From contig CBDCVK010000008.1 of NCBI GenBank assembly GCA_965223005.1, positions 160,001 to 224,000 of the forward strand: DNA of 64,000 nt. Reading direction: 5' to 3'. The notes under the pieces were generated by a model. It worked only from the letters and a program-made list of their open reading frames with translations. It was not told the origin of the DNA and did not search any database. The position numbers were made by a program, and so were the translations under genes. The stretch is from Terriglobia bacterium (lineage in GTDB: Bacteria > Acidobacteriota > Terriglobia > JAJPHL01 > JAPKYU01). Below, in pieces: positions 22,077-31,685 of the stretch. The number at the start of each line of letters is the position of its first letter. Position 1 is the first letter of the stretch.

Positions 22077-22628
22077 ATGCGGTTGTTCGTGGCCCTGGAG
22101 TTGGATGAGGCTGTCCGCTCGCGGATTACCGCCCTGCTGCGCCAACTGGAGCCGGCGGTTCGCCAAGTCAAGTGGGTGAAGCCGCAATCGCTGCACCTGA
22201 CGCTCAAGTTCATTGGCGAGCAACCGGAAGACAGATTGCCAGCCCTGGTCGAAGCGCTGGCGGGCGTGCCCGCGCCCGGGCCGCTGGAACTCGGTTTCCG
22301 CGGGTTGGGCTGTTTTCCCAATGAGCGCCACCCCCGTGTCTTCTGGGTGGGCGTGCTGGCGCCGCCGGCCTTGGGCCAACTCGCCGCCGGGGTCGAGCGG
22401 GCCTTGGCGCCGCTGGGGATTGACCCCGAGCAGCGTCCATTCTCTCCTCACCTGACCCTGGGCCGGCTGAGGCAGGGCAGCCGTCTTCCAGTCTTGCCGC
22501 CGGAATGGGAAGTCCACCGCTCCGAGGATCTCGGCCGCTACACGGCAACGGAACTGTTCCTCTATCAGAGTCGGCTTTTTCCTCACGGTGCTGAATACGT
22601 CAAGCTGAAGCATTTCCCCTTGGAATAA
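22077..22628 (+). CDS. thpR: RNA 2',3'-cyclic phosphodiesterase (2H family)
   Basis: MRLFVA, two HxT motifs (LHLTLKF, PHLTLGR); follows cinA. Confidence 0.93.
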   Translation: MRLFVALELDEAVRSRITALLRQLEPAVRQVKWVKPQSLHLTLKFIGEQPEDRLPALVEALAGVPAPGPLELGFRGLGCFPNERHPRVFWVGVLAPPALGQLAAGVERALAPLGIDPEQRPFSPHLTLGRLRQGSRLPVLPPEWEVHRSEDLGRYTATELFLYQSRLFPHGAEYVKLKHFPLE

Positions 22629-22882
22629 CCACTGGCCAATCTGTTTCTCGTTGCGGTGCCAACCCCGGAAGGATTTCCCCGCCCGGTGTTCCGCCAAGGC
22701 GTCCTACCGGCAAGACGTCCCGGAGGACACGCTTTGCTCTCCGACAGTTCACCGGAGAACCGTCCTGCCGCCTGCCGGGACCCGCCTGGTAGGCGCTTGC
22801 TCAATAGCCCAAAGGTACCAAGCAGAATGTAACTGTTCTCCTATTGGCTGCTTGCTGTCGCTGCGTTTAACTAGACACTGTT

Positions 22883-23059
22883 ATGAAGGCAACAAAGACC
22901 CAAGCCATGGCGGCGCTGTTCTGTGCGGTTGTTGCTGCACGGAAGAGCCGCAGAAGTCTGCCGGAGTTCTTACGGATTCTCCCGTTGAGTCCGGAGATGA
23001 AATCTATGGCGCTGAAGAGCTATCGAGGCGTATTTGAATCAGCTGGATTGGAGCCATGA
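22883..23059 (+). CDS. Unannotated 58-aa small protein, coupled by ATGA overlap to the REC-PilZ-GGDEF gene
   Basis: MKATKTQAMAALFCAVVAARKSRRSLPEFLRILPLSPEMKSMALKSYRGVFESAGLEP*; paralog at 24932; differences between copies include synonymous changes. Confidence 0.65.
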   Translation: MKATKTQAMAALFCAVVAARKSRRSLPEFLRILPLSPEMKSMALKSYRGVFESAGLEP

Positions 23060-24690
23060 GCGGCACGAAACAACCCAAAGTCCTCGTCATTGACGATGAC
23101 GAGCAGATGCTGACCATCGTCCGGAAAATACTGGAAGGTGAGGGCTTGGCCGTTGACGTGGCGCAGTCGGCCCGTGAAGCGTTGGACCGCTTGCCTGAAA
23201 ATGGCTACAACGCCATCCTCTGCGACATGTTGATGCCGGGGATGTCGGGCGCAGAGTTCTACCAGCAGGTGAAAAAGGAATTCCCAGAGTACAAGCGCCG
23301 GATTGTGTTCCTGACGGGCGATATCGCCTCGGAAGCTACCTGGGAGTTTATTGAGCAAAGGCATTTGCCTTACGTTTCGAAGCCCTTCGGAGCTCGCGAG
23401 TTGCACCAGAAGCTGCGGGAGTTGGTCGGAGAGCCGGCTTCTGCAGCCAGCTCGCCCGAGAAGCCGAAGAACACCCGGCGGCATCGGCGGATTGCGATCA
23501 AGGCTGCCATTCGGGTGCGCAAGAAGAGATGGGCCACCGACGGCCCCGAGATTACCGTGGCCACCAACGTCAGTAAAGAAGGCGCTTACTTCCTCAGCAA
23601 CCGGCAATACCGGGTCGGCACCGAGGTGCTGGTTTCGTTTCCCTACACCGGCCCGCAGGATGCCGAGCAGGAAGGCTGCGTGGTGCGGGCGGACGAAGAT
23701 GGGGAAGGCCGATGGGGTGTGGCCATCGCCCTGGGTCCTGCGGCCCTGGCCTTCCGCTCCGGACTGGCTGGCGGGCCCGAAGAGCGCCGGCGCCACCGCA
23801 TCCTGGCCATGGCCGACCTGTCTGGCCAGAGGCCCCTTCCCCGCGCTGGCAATGAGAAAGAGGCCGACCTTGCTGACCTGGAACGGACGGTGGAACGCGA
23901 GCGGGAAGAGGCTCGCCGCCTCGCCGAGCAGCTCACCGACGTGAACGCCAGCCACGAGCGTGTGGCTGCCCAGCGCGATCACCTGGCCGCCGAGGAGACG
24001 CGCCTCAACCTGCAGTTGCGTGAGCTCACGGCCGCCAAAGCCACGCTGGGTCAGGTGACCGAAGAGCTCAAGCAGCAGATGGAGACGCTGCAAAAGCAGC
24101 TGGCGGTCAGCGAAGGTTACCGCTTCCAGGCCACGCACGATTCTCTCACCGGGGTTTGGAACCGCGCAGCGATCCTGGACATTCTGGGCGGGGAACTGGA
24201 GCGCGCCAAGCGCGAGGGAATCCCTGTAGGGGTTGTGCTGGCCAACCTAGACCATTTCAAGGCTATCAACGACACATACGGGCATCTGGCCGGCGATGCG
24301 GTGTTACGGGAAACTGGCCGCAGAATGGCTTCCTCCGTACGGCTGTATGACTCGGTCGGCCGCTATGGAGGAGAAGAGTTCCTGATTGTCCTCCCAGACT
24401 GCGATGCCACCAGCACGCTGAACCAGGCCGAGAGAATTCGAGCCTGCCTCAGCAACGAACCCGTGCACACCCGGGAGGGTCAGATCTCCAGCACCATGAG
24501 TTTGGGGGTGGCCGTCGGAAGCGAGGAGGACGAGATGGAAACCCTCCTGCGCGCTGCCGATGCCGCGTTGTACCGGGCCAAGCGTGCAGGCCGCAACCGT
24601 GCCGAGGCGGCCACGGCTATGGAAGCCGCTGCGCCACATTTGCTTGCAAGTGAGGCCCCCCAGGGGGTGAGCAAGGATGGACAGGCCTGA
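23056..24690 (+). CDS. Response regulator-PilZ-coiled coil-GGDEF diguanylate cyclase
   Basis: REC (VIDDD, CDMLMP, SKPF); PilZ RRHRR and NVSKEG; DSLTG..NR, NDTYGHLAGD, RLYD I-site, RYGGEEF. Confidence 0.9.
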   Translation: MSGTKQPKVLVIDDDEQMLTIVRKILEGEGLAVDVAQSAREALDRLPENGYNAILCDMLMPGMSGAEFYQQVKKEFPEYKRRIVFLTGDIASEATWEFIEQRHLPYVSKPFGARELHQKLRELVGEPASAASSPEKPKNTRRHRRIAIKAAIRVRKKRWATDGPEITVATNVSKEGAYFLSNRQYRVGTEVLVSFPYTGPQDAEQEGCVVRADEDGEGRWGVAIALGPAALAFRSGLAGGPEERRRHRILAMADLSGQRPLPRAGNEKEADLADLERTVEREREEARRLAEQLTDVNASHERVAAQRDHLAAEETRLNLQLRELTAAKATLGQVTEELKQQMETLQKQLAVSEGYRFQATHDSLTGVWNRAAILDILGGELERAKREGIPVGVVLANLDHFKAINDTYGHLAGDAVLRETGRRMASSVRLYDSVGRYGGEEFLIVLPDCDATSTLNQAERIRACLSNEPVHTREGQISSTMSLGVAVGSEEDEMETLLRAADAALYRAKRAGRNRAEAATAMEAAAPHLLASEAPQGVSKDGQA

Positions 24691-24931
24691 CTTCATGAAG
24701 ACGCAATCCCATCTCGATCATGTTCTTTGCCGTGCCGGCACCCGCGAGCCTGGCCAAGCTGCGCCACCGATCCCCCGGTAGCGTAGCCCTGCTCGCATGG
24801 TGGAGACCCGCCACCAGCCAGCCATAATTCCCACCTGCTGGGCGCGCGCCCGCTAGTCCGAAAGTACCAAGCAAAATGTAACTGTGGGGCTATTGGCCAT
24901 TTGCTGCGGCTCCGCTTAACTAGGCACTGTT

Positions 24932-25102
24932 ATGGACAGCACAAGAACTCAAACGACCCAGACCATGGCGGCGCTGTTTTGCGCGATGGTTGCGGCACAG
25001 AAGACCCGCAGACCCCTCCCGGAGTTTCTGCGGATTCTCCCGGTGAGGTGCGCGATCAAGTCCATGGCACTGAAATCTACGCCAATGAGGTTTACGTTAT
25101 GA
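24932..25102 (+). CDS. Unannotated 56-aa small protein, paralog of 22883..23059
   Basis: MDSTRTQTTQTMAALFCAMVAAQKTRRPLPEFLRILPVRCAIKSMALKSTPMRFTL*; TGA overlaps ATG 25099. Confidence 0.6.
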   Translation: MDSTRTQTTQTMAALFCAMVAAQKTRRPLPEFLRILPVRCAIKSMALKSTPMRFTL

Positions 25103-26505
25103 GCCATGCGAACCCAATGTCGAACTTGAGTACCCTGCCGGCCACCGAGGCCGGTCTGGTTGAAGGAGCTACTATGAGCCTAGTCACTACTGACGTGGTG
25201 TCCCCTGCGAACCCTGCCTCATTTCCACAGGAGGCTTTCGCTCAGTTTGCCCCCCGGCCCCAGGGGGCCGAAGGCGAGCCATCGGAGTCGGATCAGCATT
25301 TGTCTCCTCTGGATGCCATTGCTGGCCTGTCGGCGATTCAAGACAGGTTGCAGCAACTGGAACGGAGAGATTGGCGGGTCTGGTCAGCGGCCCTCGCGGT
25401 GCTGCTGCTGATGGGGACCGTGCTTGCACTCTCCTCAGCGCCCTTCTGGACACAGTTTTCCATCGTGCTGCTTTTCAGCGGCTATGCCGTAGCCCAGCAG
25501 CTGGTGAGCAGACGAATCCGGCATGAGCTGTCCCGGCAGGTTGATTCGATGTTGCTGTCCCAGCAGATTGACTCGGTCTTCAACCTGAAATTCCGGACCG
25601 AGGATTCTCACCAGCTGGCGATGCTGGATCCCGTCACCGGACTGTACAACCGCAGCTTCCTCGAGGAGCACCTATCTACCGAGCTGGCCCGATCCCAGAG
25701 GGAGGAAAATTCACTCGCCGTGGTGGCGCTGCATCTGAAGGACTTCGCGCAGATCATCGACTCCTACGGACGCTCGGCCGGCGATCTGGTGCTGAAGCAT
25801 TTTGGCGCACAACTCAAGAAAGCGATCCGAAACTCGGATTTTGCCGCGCGCACAGGCCAGGATGAGTTCATGGTGTTGTTCCCCGAAGGCAGACCCGAGC
25901 AGGTGCCGGTCACGCTTCCCCGCATGGCGGATCTGGAAGTGGACTTTCGTGCGGAGAAGATTCCAGTCAGCTTTGTTTCTGGGTGGACCGCCTATCAACC
26001 TGGCGACTCCCCCGGCCAGCTCTTGGATCGTGCCGAGCAGGCGGTTCTTGCCGACAAGCCAACCGGGCCGGCCGAGCCGGAGACCCTGGTGGCCCTAAGC
26101 GCAACCGCTCCTGCTGAAGAAGAGGGAGTCGCTGAGGCGCCTGGTATGCAGGCTGGCCCACAACCTGAACCAACTGCTGATACTGAGCAAGCCGAGCAGA
26201 CGGTTTTGGCCTACAAGCCACCCAGCGAGGCCGAGCCGGAGGTCCTGGTGGGCCTAAACGCAGTTTCTTCCGCTGCCAAAGATGAAGTCGCTGGGACACC
26301 TGGCATGCAGGCTGACCCACAACCTGAACCAGCTGCTGACGCTGGTCAAAGGGTACGCCGAGCTAGTGCCAGATCAGCTAAGCCGGGCCGCTCCGCTACG
26401 CGGCGACGTAGAGTAGTACCTGCGACCGCTCCGGTAGGTGAATTCGCTGCTCTGGCGGCTGCTGCTCTAAAGCCGGGGCCCAGCGATGAACCTCAAAGTG
26501 CTTGA
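25099..26505 (+). CDS. Membrane-anchored degenerate GGDEF protein with repeated acidic tail
   Basis: Two TM segments, DPVTGLYNR, IDSYGRSAGD, degenerate RTGQDEF; start chosen at the ATG overlapping the small ORF. Confidence 0.75.
   Translation: MSHANPMSNLSTLPATEAGLVEGATMSLVTTDVVSPANPASFPQEAFAQFAPRPQGAEGEPSESDQHLSPLDAIAGLSAIQDRLQQLERRDWRVWSAALAVLLLMGTVLALSSAPFWTQFSIVLLFSGYAVAQQLVSRRIRHELSRQVDSMLLSQQIDSVFNLKFRTEDSHQLAMLDPVTGLYNRSFLEEHLSTELARSQREENSLAVVALHLKDFAQIIDSYGRSAGDLVLKHFGAQLKKAIRNSDFAARTGQDEFMVLFPEGRPEQVPVTLPRMADLEVDFRAEKIPVSFVSGWTAYQPGDSPGQLLDRAEQAVLADKPTGPAEPETLVALSATAPAEEEGVAEAPGMQAGPQPEPTADTEQAEQTVLAYKPPSEAEPEVLVGLNAVSSAAKDEVAGTPGMQADPQPEPAADAGQRVRRASARSAKPGRSATRRRRVVPATAPVGEFAALAAAALKPGPSDEPQSA
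26032..26349 (+). repeat. Two diverged 159-bp (53-aa) in-frame tandem repeats
   Basis: AEQAVLADKP...PGMQAGPQPEPTADTEQ and AEQTVLAYKP...PGMQADPQPEPAADAGQ; units start at 26032 and 26191. Confidence 0.85.
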
Positions 26506-26633
26506 CCTGAACGGTCGGCCGGACGAGATGGAGCCGGAGCCGGGAGAGGCTGTAGAGGCAGCCTCATAGGCGGTTGAAAAAAGTCCCCACGCCTCATAAA
26601 GCCACCCTCGCCGGCGCCGCGTGGGACGCCCGG

Positions 26634-27560
26634 CTAGTGGAACGCCCCGGATTCCACCCGGTCCCAACCCAGCTTGTTGAGAAGCTGGGTCAGCCGTCCC
26701 TGCACCCAGGCCTGAGGCCCCATCAAGTCGGCCAGCTCGCCGTAGACTCGTGCGGCTTCATCCACCATTCCGTTCTCTTCGTATAGGAACGCAAGTAGGA
26801 AGCGGGGCCCGTTGTCGGACGGATTGTCCTGCAGGAGTTGGTGCAGGCTGTCCTCGGTAGCACGGACCTGCTCGGCCTTCTCGTTGGGTAGCACCTGAAA
26901 GAAGGAGACAGCTTCCACCAGCGTGTCTTCACCTTCACGAGCAGTCACCCGCCACCCAATATTTCTTGCCCCACTTCAGCGCCTGGGTCTCGGCCGGATA
27001 CCGCAGCTCGGTCGCCGCAACCGTCTGGCGCCACAAAATCCGCTCTTCCCGATTCATCAGTTTGACCTCGTAGACCTCGGCGTTGTCCACCGGAGCCCAG
27101 AGGAAACGGGCTCCAGCGTGGCGACCCGTGTGCGGGGTGGAGAACGCAGCAATAGGTTGGCACCGCGCAGGCGCATCATGCCCGATTGCATCCTGCTCGC
27201 GCTGGCCAGAACCAAGTTGCTGGGCAGGCGGCAGGAGGGTACCTTGCGCTCGGCGTTGAGGTTGCCCTTCAGCACCTTCAAGGCCTCGGCGTCAAACTGC
27301 ACCTCGGCGCCGGCCGGAATCTTGGCGGCCCGGGACTCGGGACAGTACAAGAAGGCGGCCTCGGAATTCTTGCCAGTCAGGATACGGTCGCCGGGGGCAA
27401 TCAGGTCCGCCGTGCGGGCCGGAACGGGGGTCTTCTGGCCGGACCGGAGAATCCTCACGTTGCCCGAGACCATGGAGAGCAGGCCGACTGGGGCCGCGCC
27501 CTGCGCGGCCACTGCCAGTAACAGCATTGCGATTACGGTCCAATGCATCTTACGAGTCAT
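26634..27560 (-). pseudogene. Exported FecR-like/beta-sandwich/TPR-like protein with one -1 frameshift (probably one gene)
   Basis: Signal peptide, VSGNVRILRSG...GDRILTGKNS (FecR-like). Adding one C to the run at 27108-27110 gives EPRFLWAPVDNAEVYEVKL...KKYWWRVTAR, continuing into ORF 26634..26948. Confidence 0.7.
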
Positions 27561-29473
27561 GCGTCACCACCTTTTAACTCCAGGATTTTATATACCGCCA
27601 TGGGTTCGGCCACCCCCTTCAACTTGGCGTGCCCCGCCAGTTCCGCCACCACGTCCTGGCGGACCTCCTCGTAGGTGGCCTCGCTGACCAGAAGCTGGGA
27701 ATGGAACGTCTTGTTTTCTCCTTCGATGCGCGAGGCCACATTCACCGTGTCCCCGATAGCCGTGTATTCCATCTTCTCCGGCGCACCGATGTTGCCCACC
27801 ACGGCGTCGCCGGTGTGCAGTCCGATGCCAACAACGAGCTCCCTCAGGCCGCGTTCGGTGCGGCTCCGGTTGTATTCCTGGTTGCGCTTCACCATGCCCA
27901 AGGCGCTGCGCACAGCTCGCCGGGCGTCATCAGGATGGGGGACGGGCGCGCCAAACAGGGCCATGATCCCGTCCCCAATGAATTTGTTGATCATGCCGCC
28001 ATGCGCCTTGATTTCCGCGGTCATCTCCGCAAACAACTCGTTTAGCTCCTCCACCACCAGACGGGGGTCGCGGCCCTGACAGTAGCCGGTGTAGTTGCGG
28101 ATGTCCGAGAACATCACCGTGACCCGCTGGTAGCTGCCGCCCAGGGGGATTTCACCCTGTTCCATCACTTCGCGCGCTACCTCGCTGGAGACGTAGCGGC
28201 CGAAGACCTCCTGCAACAGACGGCGCTGGCGGTCTTCGGTGCGCGAATAGGCGCCGTAAGAAGCCAGCCCGCTCACTGCGACGGCCAGCACCGGCGGAAC
28301 CACCGGCAACACCAGGTCGTATTGCAAGCTGACCATCGTCGCCACCAGGTAAACGGCGACGGCGCCCAACAGGGTCAGCGGCGCCCAGGGGAACCCGATC
28401 CGGAAAATGCACAAGCTGGCCAGCGCGGCCCCCGCCAGCACCAGCGCCAGGGTCGCCGCCGGCGAAGCCTCCCGCAGGAAGCGCTTCTCCAGCAAGGTGC
28501 CCAGGGCGTTGGCGTGAATCTCCACCCCGGGGGTGAGACTCTGTCCGCCGCCAGCCAGGTAGAACGGTGAGGGCCGCCGATCGGTGGGATCCAGCGTGCC
28601 AACCAACAACGTCTTGCCATCAAACCACTGCTTCAGTTTCTCCGTCTGGCCCTGCCTCGCGGCAGCCAGCACGTCGGCCATGGATACGGCCGGGAAGGTG
28701 CCGCCCGGCCCCCAGTAGTGGATCAGAAGAAAGCCGGAAGAATCGAGCGGCACTGCGTGGTCGCCAAAGCGGATTGAGCTGTTCTGCTCATCGAGGACTC
28801 CACGTTCCTGCCCAAGAACCTGAGAGGCGAGCCGGGTGGCAAACGATTCCGGGGCATCCGGACCTTGGCTCTGTAATTCCTGCCGGCGAATGAAGCCGTC
28901 GGTATCGAAGGTGACGTTGGCAAAGCCCATCGCTCCCTGAGCGCCGGCGAACATGTAGAGGGGGAGCGATTCCGGAGGCGGGTGCAAGGTGTCATAGGCC
29001 AGCACGATGGGCATCGAGGCAGAAGCTTCCATAAAGGCCGCGGCCAGTTCGCGATCCAGGTCCGGAGCCCAAGGCTCCACTGAAATGGCAAAGAACGCGT
29101 CCAGGCCAAGGGCGCGCGCCCCGCCCGCGGCAGCCGCGCGAAACAATGCCGCATAGTGCGGATGCCAGAAAATTTTCGGCTCCGGTAGAGCGTCCTCGGT
29201 CTTCTCGTCTATAGTCACCAGCACGATGTTCGGCGGCGGCGGCTGTTTCCCGCGCAACACAAAGCGCAGATCGTAGGTTTTCAGTTCTAGCAACTGCAGG
29301 GGGGAAGTCGCGCTCAGAGCCCAGGCCAGAGCCGCCGACGCGATGGCCGTGCCCGTTGCCAGGGCCAGCGTCCTCCACCGGCGGTCGCGAGCTTTCTTGC
29401 CCGGCTTCGGCGGGATAGGCGGCCCGCCGGCCTCCGTCCCCTCCCGCAGGGATGTTGATGCAGGTGTGGCCAA
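27557..29473 (-). CDS. CHASE2-domain class III adenylate/guanylate cyclase
   Basis: LELKTYDLRF, IVLVTIDE, DTDGFIRR, PGVEIHA, three TM helices, FSDIRNYT, KFIGDGIMALFG, YTAIGDTVNVASRIE. Confidence 0.93.
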   Translation of the reverse strand: MATPASTSLREGTEAGGPPIPPKPGKKARDRRWRTLALATGTAIASAALAWALSATSPLQLLELKTYDLRFVLRGKQPPPPNIVLVTIDEKTEDALPEPKIFWHPHYAALFRAAAAGGARALGLDAFFAISVEPWAPDLDRELAAAFMEASASMPIVLAYDTLHPPPESLPLYMFAGAQGAMGFANVTFDTDGFIRRQELQSQGPDAPESFATRLASQVLGQERGVLDEQNSSIRFGDHAVPLDSSGFLLIHYWGPGGTFPAVSMADVLAAARQGQTEKLKQWFDGKTLLVGTLDPTDRRPSPFYLAGGGQSLTPGVEIHANALGTLLEKRFLREASPAATLALVLAGAALASLCIFRIGFPWAPLTLLGAVAVYLVATMVSLQYDLVLPVVPPVLAVAVSGLASYGAYSRTEDRQRRLLQEVFGRYVSSEVAREVMEQGEIPLGGSYQRVTVMFSDIRNYTGYCQGRDPRLVVEELNELFAEMTAEIKAHGGMINKFIGDGIMALFGAPVPHPDDARRAVRSALGMVKRNQEYNRSRTERGLRELVVGIGLHTGDAVVGNIGAPEKMEYTAIGDTVNVASRIEGENKTFHSQLLVSEATYEEVRQDVVAELAGHAKLKGVAEPMAVYKILELKGGDA

Positions 29474-29585
29474 CGTGCCCCCTCTGATTGACCTGGCCCT
29501 AAAGCGAATTATACACTAGTTGGAGGCTCTGCCCGGCCCACGCGGCGGTGATTTGGTTGCGGGGCGGTCGGGACAGGACTACTCA

Positions 29586-31685
29586 GTGCGCCATTCTCGA
29601 CTGGTTCTGCTCCTTCTGTTGCTGACCTGGACTGCGCCGCTCTTCTTGCTGGCGCAGGAGGAGCAGCCGAATTTTTATGCAGTCATCATTGGAGTTTCCG
29701 AGTTCGAATACCTCCCCAAGGAGGAGTGGCTGGATTTCGCCGACGACGATGCTCGGGATTTTTACAAGGTCATTACCAGCCCCCGCGGCCGGGCCTTTCC
29801 ACCGGAGAACGTCTTTCTGTTGACGGACCAGAAGGCCAGCTTCTACGCCATCCGAAAGAAGCTGGGCAGCACCCTGGCCAAAAAGGTCAAGCGGGGCGAC
29901 ACCGTCTACATCTTCATTGCTACGCACGGCATGGTGGAGAAAGAAGTCTCCCGGGAGGGATATCTGCTGGCGCATGACTCGGACCGGGAAGATCTCTACA
30001 TCAGCGCGCTGGCGATGAAAGACCTGGGCAATATCATGCAGAGTCGGCTGCGGAAGGCAAGACGCGTCTTCCTGTTTGCCGACGCCTGCCGGGCGGGAAA
30101 ACTAGGTCAGGTACAGGGCAGGATCAATCGCTACATTGAAGACGTCAGCAAGAGCGAAGGAGAAACTCTGGGCTTGCTGGCCAGCCGTCCCAACGAATTT
30201 TCCCGCGAAGGGCCGCAGTTTGGTGGTGGCCACGGCGTCTTCACCTACTATCTGCTCAAAGGCATGATGGGGGCAGCTGACGTCGATGGCGACGAGACGG
30301 TGAACGCGACCGAGCTGGTGGATTATCTAGATGAGAAGGTCGAAGAGGCCACCGATAGGCAACAGCACGTTCGGGAATTTGGAACATTTGAAGCCGAAAC
30401 TCCCATTACCTTCATTGACAAACCGGGTCCGGAAGACCTGCAATTGGGCCAGTCGCCCCGCCCCAGAGGGACCGAAATCGCCTCGGTGCAGGTCATCTCG
30501 CCAGAAAGTAGCGAAGTTCGCATCGCCTTGCGGCAGGCTCTGCGGGAAGGGCGCTTGCTGGCCCCGTCCGAGGACAACGCCTGGGACCTGTATCAACGTT
30601 ACACCCAACTCTCTGTTCCCGAATCTGAGAAAGAAGACGTGCAGGATGACTTGTTTATCGCGCTGGCCACCGCAGGAGACAGAGTGCTGTCGGCCTACCG
30701 GCGTGGCGATCAAGTCATCCGGCTGGATGCGGCGAAGTATAACGAAGGGGCGCAGCTGTACGACCGCGCTCTGGAGCTTGACCCGGAGGATTTCACGCTT
30801 CCTCCCAAGGCCAAATTCATGGCCGGGCGCGCCTTGGTGGAGAGTGGCCGCTACAGAGAGGGAATTTCGGTGCTGCGTGCGGCCATCCAACTGGACCCGG
30901 AAGCGGCGCATTCCTACAACGCGCTCGGCATCGCACATATGAAGCTGGGACAGTGGGATGATGCTCTGGCCAACTTCCTTGCAGCTTCGGAGCGCGCCGA
31001 GAAGTGGGTCTATCCTCATTACAACACAGCCCTGGTTCACATCGCTCGGCGGGGTTGTGGTGACGCGGAACGGGAATTTCACAAAGGAATCGAGCTGGGG
31101 ACCGAGCTGGGCCTGAAGTACTCCTATTTGCATTACAATCTGGGGATTCTGTATCTGGAACAGGGCCGTTATAAGGGAGCCGAGCAGCAGTTCCGGCGCG
31201 CCATCGAAATGGTGCCGGATGACGCGCTGAGCTACTACAACCTGGGACTGCTGTTCGAGCAGCGAGGCGAGATGCGCCAGGCTGAGGCGTACTTCCGCAC
31301 GTCAGCAGACCTGGATGCCCGGCTGGTGGAGCCGCGCTTGAAGCTGGCGGAGATTTACCGCAAGCAACGCCGCCGGGAGTTGCAGGAGTCCATGCTGCGT
31401 CAGGCCGTGGCTGGCGATCCCCGCAGCGTGCGGGCCCTGGAGGCGCTCGGCCAATTCCTCCTGGAAGGCAAGAGGCTGGAGGAGGCCGAGCAGGTATTCA
31501 TGCAGATGATGGTGAACAATCCGGCCGCGGCGGCGTCCTACTCCTGGCTGGGCGATGTGCACGCCGCCCAGCGAAACTTCCAGCAAGCCGCCGAAGATTA
31601 CCGCCAGGGCATGGCCCGCACCCGCGATCCGAAACTCCTCCGTGAGTTGCAAAGAAAATTGCGCTCCGTGGAGAGGAAGAAATGA
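29586..31685 (+). CDS. Secreted caspase-like (peptidase C14) protease with TPR repeats
   Basis: Signal peptide; YAVIIGVSEF..L.FADDDA, ATHG and DACRAG (His-Cys dyad), GHGVFTYYLLKG, EF-hand-like DVDGDETVNATE; multiple TPRs (YNALG, YNLG). Confidence 0.88.
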   Translation: MRHSRLVLLLLLLTWTAPLFLLAQEEQPNFYAVIIGVSEFEYLPKEEWLDFADDDARDFYKVITSPRGRAFPPENVFLLTDQKASFYAIRKKLGSTLAKKVKRGDTVYIFIATHGMVEKEVSREGYLLAHDSDREDLYISALAMKDLGNIMQSRLRKARRVFLFADACRAGKLGQVQGRINRYIEDVSKSEGETLGLLASRPNEFSREGPQFGGGHGVFTYYLLKGMMGAADVDGDETVNATELVDYLDEKVEEATDRQQHVREFGTFEAETPITFIDKPGPEDLQLGQSPRPRGTEIASVQVISPESSEVRIALRQALREGRLLAPSEDNAWDLYQRYTQLSVPESEKEDVQDDLFIALATAGDRVLSAYRRGDQVIRLDAAKYNEGAQLYDRALELDPEDFTLPPKAKFMAGRALVESGRYREGISVLRAAIQLDPEAAHSYNALGIAHMKLGQWDDALANFLAASERAEKWVYPHYNTALVHIARRGCGDAEREFHKGIELGTELGLKYSYLHYNLGILYLEQGRYKGAEQQFRRAIEMVPDDALSYYNLGLLFEQRGEMRQAEAYFRTSADLDARLVEPRLKLAEIYRKQRRRELQESMLRQAVAGDPRSVRALEALGQFLLEGKRLEEAEQVFMQMMVNNPAAAASYSWLGDVHAAQRNFQQAAEDYRQGMARTRDPKLLRELQRKLRSVERKK

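Noticed and set aside
22805-22882. c-di-GMP riboswitch or sigma54 promoter in the duplicated leader
   Set aside because: No GEMM-type GNRA/receptor pattern recognised, and TGGC-TTGC spacing is too short for -24/-12.
22651-23037. 128-aa ORF and the TTG-started N-terminal extension of ORF 24901
   Set aside because: Their mutual similarity comes from the duplicated module; the ATG-started frame with ATGA coupling is better conserved.
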